From: Azospirillum sp. CAG:239 | Lineage (GTDB): Bacteria > Bacteroidota > Bacteroidia > Bacteroidales > Paludibacteraceae | Length of the DNA stretch: 23,620 bases | Assembly: GCA_963619585.1 (NCBI GenBank) | Contig: CAVEXR010000032.1 | Coordinates: forward strand, 1-23,620 | Direction: 5' to 3' | Made by a program: the position numbers and the translations under genes | Notes under the pieces: model-generated | What the model saw: the letters and a program-made list of their open reading frames with translations, nothing else | Databases searched by the model: none | Told to the model about the DNA's origin: nothing | In this document: in pieces, positions 7,966 through 16,921 of the stretch | How the letters are laid out: each line of letters begins with the position of its first letter | How positions within the stretch are numbered: position 1 is the first letter of the stretch

Positions 7966-10587
7966 CTATTTATAAGCATTTATATCTTGCACCGTGATAA
8001 GGTCAACCTTGGTAGGCTTATCACTCGTGATATCGTAGTCGTATATCTTATTCACGATGTATATCTGATTACCTATTTTCCAAAATTGACTAAAATCGAA
8101 ATTGATAAAATCACTCGGCGACAATCGTACATAAGTGGTGACCTTTTTGTTTTGTATGTTGTAACGCTCATTCAAATAAGTTTGCCAAAAATTCTCAAAC
8201 ACGCCACGGCTCACTCGGCTGTAATAATCATTTTTCGCAGTGTAATTCTTTTTCGGCAATGTCCACAAGCAAGTGTGATAAATCGTTGGCAAAACCAATT
8301 CGTCTGCCATAACCAACTCAGGAGATGTCCAGTATTCCGTATTCAGCCCTACGGAATCTCTGTAATAGCAATATGTGTTGAGCAACTTTTGACATTCACT
8401 ATCGTCAGTAACCCTCACAGACCAATACCTCTCAATTTTCTTTTTTGTCGGGTAAAAATAAGCACCACTAACATCTATTGTTTTACCCCCCTCATCTCGA
8501 CATTCGAGATAGTTGTTTTTATAAATAAAGAAAGTAAGAGCATGGCTGCTATCAATAGCGCATAAAATCAAATCACCCCAATAGAGATATGCAGGAGAGT
8601 AGAGTATGGTCTCGGCTGATTTCTCAAATAAAGTGTCCGTTTCCGTATTGAAATTGTAATTTGTCATAAGCCGCTTCGCTCCGTATCGAAAACCATATAG
8701 ACTGTTATATGATTTGCCCAACAAACTTTCATTTTCAGCATAACCAAAAAGTACATACTTGCTTTCAAAAGTGATAGGCGAAATATCGAAAGTGGAAGCG
8801 TCTATTTTGCCCGTCTTGTCAATTATTGTAGAATTGACAAATAGGCAGCGGCTGAACTTCAATTTCTTGTTAACCTCATCCACAACGATGTTTATGCGAA
8901 ACCGCTTGCAGTAGTCTAAAATATTCGAGAAATCAAGTCGGCAGATATCGTTCAGCGTGAAAGTATCTTCACTGCGAAATTGCGTCTTGTAAAAAGTGGG
9001 CACTAAATCCAACGCCGAACCAAACAAATAAAAACTACTGCGAACTTGATAAAATGTATAATCATCGGCGAAAGCAAATGGCGCAAAGTCAGTACTCGTG
9101 TAATCAATCGCCTTCTTTGTCGACGCAGCATATCGATAAGTCTTCAAATAGAACTTGCAGGTAATCTTACGCCCACTACTTTCAACAGCCTTTATCGTTT
9201 TATGCAATGTGTCTGATGCAAAAAAAGAGAAATCAATATACGAAGCACCACTCGCCTTCGTTACTTTGTCAATGCCGTAGAAAGCGTCAACAGAACTTCC
9301 GAACAATAGTTCAAAACCCGCCTTCGCATATTCCGAATTATCGCAAAATCCGACATCCAAAAAGTTAGTGGCGTGCGTTTCATCCGAATAGTAAAATTTA
9401 ACAATCAAACCGCCACAGAAAGCCGTGTTGCTGTCGCTGTCTATATAGTATTTGAAGCCAAAAGGCATACTATCTGTCGAAGAACTTGTGCAACGAATTG
9501 TAAACGATGGCTTTGCGGCAACTTTCATATTGTAGCCACTTTCGGCGAAAGTAGTCGTTTCCGAAAGGCTTAAATCGATAAACATATCGCTATACTTCGT
9601 TACGGCATATTCTTTCGCTTTCACATTCAACGAATAGTCACTATCCGTTTTTGTATCTGTTGCGTAATTTTGGCTATCTCTTTGCAACAAAGCAACGCCC
9701 AACCCGTTGTAATTCTTATTGATATCGCTAAACCACTCGCTGCCCAATTCCCACGAATAGCCCGTCAATTCCTCTGCCTTTGCTTGGAATATCTGCCAAA
9801 ACATATTCCAATAGATAAACGGAATTTGCTCATACGACCGAAATTGCGACATCTGCACAGGCAATAGCCCATCGCCAATCACACTCTCTCTCGAATAGCC
9901 CGTATTTGTTTCAAAGCCCTCCCCCAATATATCCTCCATAGACTTCGTTGCGCCGCTGCTCAACTCCACCGTCTTGTGGTCAAAGTCATCCGAATAGGAG
10001 TTGTTAGGCACAAAGCCTATAATATCGGTAACATCGTAATCGCTATCTGTAACCTCTCGCAATATGTTGTCATCGTGGGTAGAGTTCCAGCAATTATAAA
10101 CGAGTTCTTTGTTAATTTCCGTATTTACATATTTAGAGCCATCTATCCAGTACTTCGCAACATCCTCCGCATCCTCATATTTCGACTTGTCAAAAGTAAT
10201 CTTTTGCAACTCCTGAAAAATCTTGCCGAGTTCGCCGTTAATTGTTACCTCGTAACCCTTATCCGTCACTTTCAGCATTTTGGCGTAACCCGTGAAAAAG
10301 ACATCATCACCCCATTGTAAGCGGCAGTCGAGTTTCTTATACGGGTCGAAATAAATACCCACAAGCGGCGTATTTTCATCCCCCGCCACGATAAGCCTAT
10401 CTGGGTTGTAACAATGCCCAAAAATAGCGTTGTTATTCTTGCTCAAAGGCACGGTAACTGTTTTCGAGTAATCGTTGCAAATAACTGTCGGGTTGCTTAA
10501 CTCCTCGAACTGCTTTGTGATAGGCACGGTAACACTTTCCAAAGTGTCCAACTCCTGCCCATCTATGAATATGCGTAATTTGCTCAT
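7966..10587 (-). CDS. large tail/baseplate structural protein
   Basis: ATG at 10587 (MSKLRIFIDGQELD...), 1 nt after the upstream stop. 873 aa, rich in Tyr/Phe/Asn and beta-like in composition. Function is assigned by size and context only. Confidence 0.45.
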   Translation of the reverse strand: MSKLRIFIDGQELDTLESVTVPITKQFEELSNPTVICNDYSKTVTVPLSKNNNAIFGHCYNPDRLIVAGDENTPLVGIYFDPYKKLDCRLQWGDDVFFTGYAKMLKVTDKGYEVTINGELGKIFQELQKITFDKSKYEDAEDVAKYWIDGSKYVNTEINKELVYNCWNSTHDDNILREVTDSDYDVTDIIGFVPNNSYSDDFDHKTVELSSGATKSMEDILGEGFETNTGYSRESVIGDGLLPVQMSQFRSYEQIPFIYWNMFWQIFQAKAEELTGYSWELGSEWFSDINKNYNGLGVALLQRDSQNYATDTKTDSDYSLNVKAKEYAVTKYSDMFIDLSLSETTTFAESGYNMKVAAKPSFTIRCTSSSTDSMPFGFKYYIDSDSNTAFCGGLIVKFYYSDETHATNFLDVGFCDNSEYAKAGFELLFGSSVDAFYGIDKVTKASGASYIDFSFFASDTLHKTIKAVESSGRKITCKFYLKTYRYAASTKKAIDYTSTDFAPFAFADDYTFYQVRSSFYLFGSALDLVPTFYKTQFRSEDTFTLNDICRLDFSNILDYCKRFRINIVVDEVNKKLKFSRCLFVNSTIIDKTGKIDASTFDISPITFESKYVLFGYAENESLLGKSYNSLYGFRYGAKRLMTNYNFNTETDTLFEKSAETILYSPAYLYWGDLILCAIDSSHALTFFIYKNNYLECRDEGGKTIDVSGAYFYPTKKKIERYWSVRVTDDSECQKLLNTYCYYRDSVGLNTEYWTSPELVMADELVLPTIYHTCLWTLPKKNYTAKNDYYSRVSRGVFENFWQTYLNERYNIQNKKVTTYVRLSPSDFINFDFSQFWKIGNQIYIVNKIYDYDITSDKPTKVDLITVQDINAYK

Positions 10588-10588
10588 T

Positions 10589-12691
10589 TCAATACAAAAT
10601 TCCCTGCGTCTCGACCTGCTCGACCTCAACGCTCAAATTAAACAATCGCCGCCCCTGATTTTCAAAGGTCTTCTCCGTATAGGCTCTATCTTTCAAAATA
10701 ACCTCGTAGCAAGCATTTTCGTCTGCGTTGTATAGTTTTACCCATGGCGACACAAATAGGCTCTCGTATGCCCTATATTCGTCGTCTGTGAGCCAACCAC
10801 TATTCAACTTCCACTTTGGCTGCACCTCCACTTTATATAACGACCGCTTGCCGTAATAATTCGTAATCTCCGAACCCGTTACCTCTTCGCTGTAAGTGCT
10901 GACCATCTCGAACGGCTGACACTGACCGCTCCCGAGCCTATCTTGCCAAAGCAGGAAGTAACCCTTTGGGCAGACCGCCCTACCTATCAAAATAGAATTA
11001 TCCGTGCAAGCCGCAGCGTCTGTAACAATAGAACCGACAGCCCCGCTGATACTGACCTCGATGGAACTCATCACAGCCAAGTCAACTGCCCCACCCTCGT
11101 CATCCGTGTAGCCGACTTTGAGCCAACCACGACGCAAGATGTTATCGACATCTTTATATGTTATATAAACAACATCGGAAGCCGTGTTCGGCGTGGCGGC
11201 ATAGACACCATCACTACCTGTCAAATCAATTCGACTACCCTCTTCCGACATCCATAACGCCCAACATGGCTTCGAAGCATTAGGAGTGTAAGCAGCCGTG
11301 AATTTACGAGCCGCCGTCTTGACTATATCACCGCCACACTCTATGCCTGCGAACTCAACAGAGCCGCCAATCGTGTAGCGGTCATCGCCGTAAAGCCGCA
11401 TATCGTCAATTATCTCGTTAGCATTACCTGTCAAAGTTATCTGCACATCGTATGTAATAGCCGAAAAAACAAACGCCAAAGTCTTGTTACTGATAGTCAT
11501 CGAACATAGAACACTCGTCTGCCCTTGCGAATAATAGAAAGTAGGAATAGTCAAAGTCGTAGAGCCACTTGCTGTATTTACCACAAAAATAGCCGAATTG
11601 ACATTGCCCGCCGAACTCTGTTGATATGTAAACGAATTACTGCCCGTTGTGTAATCTTCTTCGATAACATAATCACCTGCGCTATTTATGTAACGAACGC
11701 TAACAGAGGTTATCGCCGCAATTGCAACGAAAGCATAACCCGACGAACTTGCTATGCAGCCGTCTATCGGCTGACGAGACGGCGTATACCTCGTCTCATT
11801 AGAATTGACACTCACTTCCCATATCTCGCTCATCTGCACGGCTGACGCAGCCGCCATTTCGAAACCAAAATTACCCTCTTTCGTGGCGAAAGTCAAACTG
11901 GAAAGAGCCAACCCGTTAGCCGTTGCTTGAGGAACGCCCGTCTGCGTTTGCGAAAAAGTGAAAGGCACGGAAGAAATGGACTGCGAACTGCTTTCGCCGT
12001 TTGCAAAATTCTCTATATTAACGCTTGCTACATTATTCAGCGTTGCGGAAAAAATAATCGATTTACCAAAAGACTTGCACCAACTTCCGCCACTTACGAA
12101 CCCGCTATAAGGCGCATAAGACTTGCCCGCAATATCTGAAAGGGTCCTGCGAACCCTTAACCATTGCTTATTTATATTATCTATTTTCTCACCATACCCG
12201 AAATGCGTAATATCGCCTTCGTTCCCGCAAAATAGGTAATTCAACTCCAACTTATCTGTAACCAATTTCGGGTAACGAGGCAACAACGAACCATGGCGCA
12301 CGGCAACATCGCCGACCGCTCCAACTCTTAACGCTCCACTCTGGCATGCATTCAAATCACCGTCAACCAATGACATATCCAACGCCTTTGCGTTTGAATA
12401 TCTGTAAATAGGCACGATAAAATCCGAATATCCTTCTGGCTCTCCTGCGCTAAATTTGATATAAACAACAAGCCGCACAATCTTATCAATAGATGCACAG
12501 TAGTTGCGGGCAATATCTGTTATATCTACTGTTACCTCATATTGATTCTTTTCGAGATATAAATTCCCGACAAAAATAGTTGCAGAAGATTCGTTGTCAA
12601 AAATAGCATATTGGTATAAACCCGCTGCATGCTCACCAACCCAACTAAAATCCTCTACCGTTACTCTTATTCTTTCGTCTAAATACTTCAT
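10589..12691 (-). CDS. large tail structural protein
   Basis: 700 aa. Its ATG at 12691 overlaps, as ATGA, the stop of the -1 frame extension upstream. Function is assigned by context only. Confidence 0.45.
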   Translation of the reverse strand: MKYLDERIRVTVEDFSWVGEHAAGLYQYAIFDNESSATIFVGNLYLEKNQYEVTVDITDIARNYCASIDKIVRLVVYIKFSAGEPEGYSDFIVPIYRYSNAKALDMSLVDGDLNACQSGALRVGAVGDVAVRHGSLLPRYPKLVTDKLELNYLFCGNEGDITHFGYGEKIDNINKQWLRVRRTLSDIAGKSYAPYSGFVSGGSWCKSFGKSIIFSATLNNVASVNIENFANGESSSQSISSVPFTFSQTQTGVPQATANGLALSSLTFATKEGNFGFEMAAASAVQMSEIWEVSVNSNETRYTPSRQPIDGCIASSSGYAFVAIAAITSVSVRYINSAGDYVIEEDYTTGSNSFTYQQSSAGNVNSAIFVVNTASGSTTLTIPTFYYSQGQTSVLCSMTISNKTLAFVFSAITYDVQITLTGNANEIIDDMRLYGDDRYTIGGSVEFAGIECGGDIVKTAARKFTAAYTPNASKPCWALWMSEEGSRIDLTGSDGVYAATPNTASDVVYITYKDVDNILRRGWLKVGYTDDEGGAVDLAVMSSIEVSISGAVGSIVTDAAACTDNSILIGRAVCPKGYFLLWQDRLGSGQCQPFEMVSTYSEEVTGSEITNYYGKRSLYKVEVQPKWKLNSGWLTDDEYRAYESLFVSPWVKLYNADENACYEVILKDRAYTEKTFENQGRRLFNLSVEVEQVETQGILY

Positions 12692-12978
12692 CGCCTACGC
12701 ATTCTTTTAATTAATTTATCGTATTCTTCTTTTTGCTTTTTATCAAGCAAAATTCCGTAACTCGCTATATATAAAATCAATCGCACGGGAGTCTTGTAAG
12801 CGTCTGTGAGCCGCTCGTTGCCCTCTTTGCAATATCGCAAAATTATAGGCAATATGCCGAACTCTGCAAGCCCGCCCCCTCGATGAGTGCTGCGAGCATC
12901 TTCATCTTCGGGTCGCTCCGCAACACCTCCGCCGAAGACGAGAGGGTAGCATTTAACAATATCACTAATTGATTTTTG
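12688..12978 (-). CDS. -1 frame extension of the 12843..13466 ORF (putative frameshift-product C-terminus)
   Basis: Hand translation gives 96 sense codons in the -1 frame from 12978, then TGA at 12690..12688. The sequence is QKSISDIVKCYPLVFGGG...ILRYCKEGNERLTDAYKTPVRLILYIASYGILLDKKQKEEYDKLIKRMRRR. There is no ATG at its head. It fills the otherwise empty 12692..12842 gap. Confidence 0.45.
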   Translation of the reverse strand, partial: QKSISDIVKCYPLVFGGGVAERPEDEDARSTHRGGGLAEFGILPIILRYCKEGNERLTDAYKTPVRLILYIASYGILLDKKQKEEYDKLIKRMRRR

Positions 12979-13466
12979 AAAAAAAAAGCAATCGTAAGAG
13001 CCTGCACAATCGGCATAGCCTTTATATCTGCCTTTACCTCATCTATCGAATAGCCGTCGTTGTAGTCGTGTCCAACGGGGCGCAAACAAACACTTAACGC
13101 CCCAACAAAGTCCTCTGCTTTCGTGTAGTTTTGAAAGTCCACGAACTGCGCCGTTGTCATCCGTGTCGTGTCAAAATTGGCGGCGTACTTCCTCCCATTC
13201 AACACATACTCGCTGCGGATGGGCGACCGCTTCGGCTCCTCTTTCAGGAACTCCAACGAATAACGACCGACCGCCGATACAGGCACCTCCCGTATATCAA
13301 CGCCGTACACAATTCGCAACCCCTCTGCAAGCGTCAATTTATCACCGGCCGCCACAAGTTCCAAGTACTGCCCAACGGTGATATCTCGCCACCCTTTACG
13401 CTTTATCATAAGGCGAGCGCCAAAAACTCTGCGCCACAACCCTTTCAATTTGTCTACCAAGTTCAT
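12843..13466 (-). CDS. tail assembly chaperone-like protein (zero-frame product)
   Basis: 207 aa. ITVGQYLEL ... TTAQFVDFQNY ... GHDYNDGYSIDEV ... ALTIAFFF resembles phage tail assembly chaperone families. It contains an internal slippery run. An alternative start at M20 (13409) would reduce the overlap with the upstream gene. Confidence 0.4.
   Translation of the reverse strand: MNLVDKLKGLWRRVFGARLMIKRKGWRDITVGQYLELVAAGDKLTLAEGLRIVYGVDIREVPVSAVGRYSLEFLKEEPKRSPIRSEYVLNGRKYAANFDTTRMTTAQFVDFQNYTKAEDFVGALSVCLRPVGHDYNDGYSIDEVKADIKAMPIVQALTIAFFFKNQLVILLNATLSSSAEVLRSDPKMKMLAALIEGAGLQSSAYCL
12973..12987 (-). other. candidate -1 slippery sequence T9-C-A5
   Basis: The minus strand reads GC-T-TTT-TTT-TTC-AAA-AAT in the zero frame (codons A160 to N165). 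T_TTT_TTT and T_TTT_TTC both fit the X_XXY_YYZ pattern. Confidence 0.5.
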
Positions 13467-13887
13467 TCTGTATAGTCTGTTTTAGTTTGTTTACAAAATC
13501 AAAATCTTTCAGTATATCCTCCAAAATATGCGTTGCGGGCGTACCCTCTCTCGAAATCTTGCGGGCTATCAAAAACGCCAACTGCCTCTCCGTAGGTAAC
13601 TTGCCATTACCCATCGGGCGAGGCAACACAGGCTTTATTCTCACCCACTCCAATATCTTATCAACGGGCGGGAAATGCGGCTGCGTGCCGTTGTTTAGAT
13701 ATTTAGCGTATGCCTCACCGTCAATAGTAACGGTCACGCTGTCATCGTGTAGCCACACTTTGGCGCTGAGGCTATCATTTAGCCGACCACTCGCAAAATG
13801 CCCGCTGTCAATAACCTGCTGACGGTAGGCGGTGACAAAATCATTAGCCACCTTCTCAATCGCCGATATATCCAAAGTATTCTCCAT
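13396..13887 (-). CDS. HK97 gp10-like head-tail/tail completion protein
   Basis: 163 aa. ASGRLNDSL ... VTIDGEAYAKYLNNGTQPH matches the gp10-family pattern (tG.Lr.si ... Ya.yvE.Gt). Confidence 0.4.
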   Translation of the reverse strand: MENTLDISAIEKVANDFVTAYRQQVIDSGHFASGRLNDSLSAKVWLHDDSVTVTIDGEAYAKYLNNGTQPHFPPVDKILEWVRIKPVLPRPMGNGKLPTERQLAFLIARKISREGTPATHILEDILKDFDFVNKLKQTIQNELGRQIERVVAQSFWRSPYDKA

Positions 13888-13905
13888 CCTACAAGTATAT
13901 ATAAA

Positions 13906-15150
13906 TTATGCCACATCTATATACATACGGTCAACACAAAAGCATAACGACATCACCCTGTCGTCGTGATACCCGTTTGGCGCATTATAAACGGGCAAGC
14001 CGCTTGCGTTTATCTCGCAGGCGTACATCTCCAACTCGTTCATTAATCGTGGCTCATTCGGCAAAATAATTCGCCCACGCTCAAAAAGCGAAATTACCTG
14101 CTTTACAATTCTATCTTTGCTTTTGTTTGTCGTATTAAAACTCGAAAGCCGAACCTCCTCAGGCAATGCCTCGTTGAGCAATTGCAGATACACCTGCCCT
14201 ATGCTGTTTTTCTCCACGACCACCTCCACCTCCTGCTTGTCGAATTTATCGTAACCAACCAAATCACGAGCCAAATCTGCAATCACCCGCACGGTTTCCG
14301 TGGCGTTCTTGTCATTAAACGCCACTTGCCTCGAAATGCACACCTTACCCTCCCATACTTGCCCAATAGTGATTACCGTGTAGTCGCTACCCGTTCCAGT
14401 TCCCCAGTCCACGCCGACAATCGTCGGCACTCCTTTGTGCAACTCGTAAACGCCAATGCACTTTTTGAAGTCGGTAAAAACCGCCCCATCGCCGTCTATA
14501 AACTCCGCCAAAAACTCCGATTGAAACGCCAAACGAGGCATTTGCTGCCGATATAACTCCAAAGTGTCGGCAGGCAAGTACTTGCTTGTATCGTACTCGT
14601 TCCAATCGTACGACCAAATTTTGCCGCAACCCTCTTGCCCTTTCAAATACAAATCATAGAAAAAGCCCCGCTTGAACTTTGGGGTTGATACGATAAATAT
14701 ATCGCTATGGAATACATTTGTAGTCGGCACAAGTATTTGATAAAATACATCGTCTGAGCAATAAGCCGCCTCGTCGATGATAAGAACCCCGCTGCCTTTT
14801 ATCGTGTAACCACGCAGGCTATCTGCTTGCTGACTACTGCCGAACTTCACCACAGAGCCATTCATAAATACTATTTCCAAAATAGACGCATTCGCAGACT
14901 TGATAACGGCATGCCCTATCCGCTGCACATCAAGAAACACTTTTCTCGCCTGCTGAATTACAGGCGCGACAAACAGGCTAAACGAATTGCCCAAGCCCAA
15001 ACTTGCAGCAATAAGCAGCCCCTCCATCGCTACCGACTTGCCACACTGCCGCTTCGCCTTAACGACGAACCAAGCGTCATTCTGCCGCAACTCGTATGCA
15101 CGGAATAAATCACGCTGCCACACTTCCAAAGGAAACATCCGAACTTCCAT
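13906..15150 (-). CDS. terL: terminase large subunit
   Basis: 414 aa. Walker A is VVKAKRQCGKS and Walker B-like is VLIIDEAAY. The C-terminal nuclease region is VGVDWGTGTGSDYTV ... HDD. Its ATG overlaps the TerS stop as TAATG. Confidence 0.85.
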   Translation of the reverse strand: MEVRMFPLEVWQRDLFRAYELRQNDAWFVVKAKRQCGKSVAMEGLLIAASLGLGNSFSLFVAPVIQQARKVFLDVQRIGHAVIKSANASILEIVFMNGSVVKFGSSQQADSLRGYTIKGSGVLIIDEAAYCSDDVFYQILVPTTNVFHSDIFIVSTPKFKRGFFYDLYLKGQEGCGKIWSYDWNEYDTSKYLPADTLELYRQQMPRLAFQSEFLAEFIDGDGAVFTDFKKCIGVYELHKGVPTIVGVDWGTGTGSDYTVITIGQVWEGKVCISRQVAFNDKNATETVRVIADLARDLVGYDKFDKQEVEVVVEKNSIGQVYLQLLNEALPEEVRLSSFNTTNKSKDRIVKQVISLFERGRIILPNEPRLMNELEMYACEINASGLPVYNAPNGYHDDRVMSLCFCVDRMYIDVA

Positions 15151-15596
15151 TAGTCTATGCGCAATTGAATTATCGTATCTTTACTTTCGATTCGCTGCTC
15201 AATCTTTGCCGAGTTGTCGAGAGCCGCCCTCTCCTCAGGCGTAGCCAATAACTTGTACAACGCTATATCTGTCGTTGGATTATTGCCCTCAAACCACTTC
15301 TTGCGTAGGCGGGCTTTGACGGCGGTACGATTCGCCGAAATAGCCGCCATAATCTGCACATCCGCCTCGCTATCTTTCGGAAAGTAATTACGCAGGCACT
15401 CCGTTGAGCAATCGAGCGCAAGGCATAAATCGGCTATAAATACAATCGAATTATTTGCCCTTATGATTTCGAGCGTTTTTTCGAGTTCGAGATTTTTCTT
15501 GTGCCAAGCCCCTTTCGGCTGCTTGAGCGCCGCTTTCGCCTCCCTCTCCGCCGCCCGTTGGAACTTGCTTTTCAACACTTTTGTGGGTTTTGTCAT
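15150..15596 (-). CDS. terS: terminase small subunit
   Basis: 148 aa with a basic N-terminus and an HTH-like segment IADLCLALDCSTECLRNYF. It lies directly upstream of terL and is coupled to it. Confidence 0.55.
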   Translation of the reverse strand: MTKPTKVLKSKFQRAAEREAKAALKQPKGAWHKKNLELEKTLEIIRANNSIVFIADLCLALDCSTECLRNYFPKDSEADVQIMAAISANRTAVKARLRKKWFEGNNPTTDIALYKLLATPEERAALDNSAKIEQRIESKDTIIQLRID

Positions 15597-15798
15597 AAAT
15601 CAAAAATTCTTGATACAGCCGTGAAGTGGCGTTCAACACTCCACTATTGCAATGACACAGCGAAATACCACGCCCTTTCATTTCACCAAGCACCAGCTCT
15701 CGGAAAGCAATCGGCACATTCGAGCAAGCAGAGTTAATCACCATCGCCCGCATCATCTCCCGATACGGCTGCAATTTGTTATACAATTCTTCCGTCAT
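15451..15798 (-). CDS. hypothetical Cys-rich protein
   Basis: ATG at 15798 in an ATGA overlap with the upstream stop. The last 146 nt overlap terS out of frame, and the low-complexity tail (GGGEGGESGAQAAE) may not be under protein-coding selection. Confidence 0.4.
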   Translation of the reverse strand: MTEELYNKLQPYREMMRAMVINSACSNVPIAFRELVLGEMKGRGISLCHCNSGVLNATSRLYQEFLIYDKTHKSVEKQVPTGGGEGGESGAQAAERGLAQEKSRTRKNARNHKGK

Positions 15799-16112
15799 AG
15801 TCTATCGTCAAAATAGGTAAGCACCCGCATAATCAATTTGTCGAGCACCTCTAAAATATAATATAAATACTTCGCAAGCCACGCCATCACGAACGACAGC
15901 CAAAACAACTCCGGGGAATACCCAATCATGATAAACAGAGTAACCCAAAAAGTCATACAAGTATTGCAGCCAAGCGGCTTGCGTAACTCAACCCGCACAT
16001 CTCGCCCGGATAACGCTGACCACAACCAACTCGCAATGCCGTTCGGGGCGTCGAGCCAATAAATTATAGCAATACAAAGCGTTGCTATTCCCGCTGCATA
16101 AATTCCTTGCAT
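15795..16112 (-). CDS. small integral membrane protein (about 3 TM; holin-like by size only)
   Basis: 105 aa. Hydrophobic segments are GIYAAGIATLCIAIIYWL, CMTFWVTLFIMIGY and LFWLSFVMAWLAKYLYYIL. Confidence 0.5.
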   Translation of the reverse strand: MQGIYAAGIATLCIAIIYWLDAPNGIASWLWSALSGRDVRVELRKPLGCNTCMTFWVTLFIMIGYSPELFWLSFVMAWLAKYLYYILEVLDKLIMRVLTYFDDRL

Positions 16113-16372
16113 AGGCTCTTATATCTATTATCAATAAACCTCCTGCTCACTTGCAGCAAACGGGCACATTCTGTAACACTCCCCGTGGCACATAAATACC
16201 ATATATCTCTATCAACACTCCCCCACCTCTGATAAGCCACCCGGAACCGCTCCACCACCTCCGCCTGCCGGTCGTCAAGTTCCACGCCAGCCGACATCCA
16301 AGCCACCGCCTCGTCACGCCCGGCAAGCGCTTCTTTCAACTCCCTATTCCGCTGCCGCTCACTCCACCTCAT
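16085..16372 (-). CDS. HTH protein resembling sigma-70 region 4
   Basis: The track start at 16396 is a TTG; the ATG is at 16372 (MRWSERQ...). ELDDRQAEVVERF ... GSVTECARLLQVSRRFIDNRYKSLCKEF resembles region 4 of ECF sigma factors (LP.RQREVF ... S..EIA..LG.S..TV..R). Confidence 0.35.
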   Translation of the reverse strand: MRWSERQRNRELKEALAGRDEAVAWMSAGVELDDRQAEVVERFRVAYQRWGSVDRDIWYLCATGSVTECARLLQVSRRFIDNRYKSLCKEFMQRE

Positions 16373-16676
16373 CTTGTGCGCCTCCCCGCTCGTCAAGCGG
16401 CGTAAATGTTACCTTACCTATCAACATAGGCAATTCGCCGCAATGGATGTAAAACATAGACCTCGGGTTGATTGCCTGATTTTTGCAAAGACGAAAGAAA
16501 AAAGCGTCAAGTTTGCGAGCCTCGTATAACAGCGTCAGCCTCATCGGGTCAATTCGTAAAAGTTCAATGTAGCAATACTGCACGAAGTCGTCAAACACCC
16601 GTTCAGGCACCACATTCGCAAATTTCTGCGGTATCTGCTTGCCCCATAGATAGCGTATAATTTCTTCATGCGTCAT
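16359..16676 (-). CDS. protein resembling sigma-70 region 2
   Basis: ATG at 16676 (MTHEEIIRYLWGK...). The longer track ORF to 16757 would read through the promoter-like region. DDFVQYCYIELLR ... LDAFFFRLCKNQAINPRS resembles ECF sigma region 2. Confidence 0.35.
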   Translation of the reverse strand: MTHEEIIRYLWGKQIPQKFANVVPERVFDDFVQYCYIELLRIDPMRLTLLYEARKLDAFFFRLCKNQAINPRSMFYIHCGELPMLIGKVTFTPLDERGGAQDEVE

Positions 16677-16726
16677 AGTAGGTTTTAGAAGGTCATTCCG
16701 TGCGTTTATAAATTTATAAATCACGG

Positions 16727-16758
16727 CAAAAGTACTGAAAAATAACCAATTACGCAAA
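16727..16758 (-). promoter_or_regulatory. candidate Bacteroidota-type promoter (-33 TTTG / -7 TAnnTTTG)
   Basis: The minus strand carries TACTTTTG (16734..16727), with TTTG (16758..16755) 20 nt upstream of it. The motif lies about 50 nt upstream of the ATG at 16676. The palindrome CCGTG-N19-CACGG (16698..16726) sits between the motif and the ATG. Confidence 0.3.
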
Positions 16759-16891
16759 ATAAATCACTCGAAAAAGCCAATTTTTGCCCCGTTTATAAAT
16801 TGATTATATTTAACATTTCCCCGTAACTCAATATAAATCAACGAGTTGCAGCCGTTTATAAATTTATAAATTATTTGGGGGTATTTTGCCT

Positions 16892-16921
16892 CGTGTGCGC
16901 GCGTATATATGCGTGTGCGCG
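16892..16921. repeat. 30-nt perfect alternating pyrimidine-purine tract
   Basis: The tract cgtgtgcgcgcgtatatatgcgtgtgcgcg alternates Y-R at every position. GTGTGCGCG occurs twice within it, 20 nt apart. It is immediately followed by A9 (16923..16931). Confidence 0.9.
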
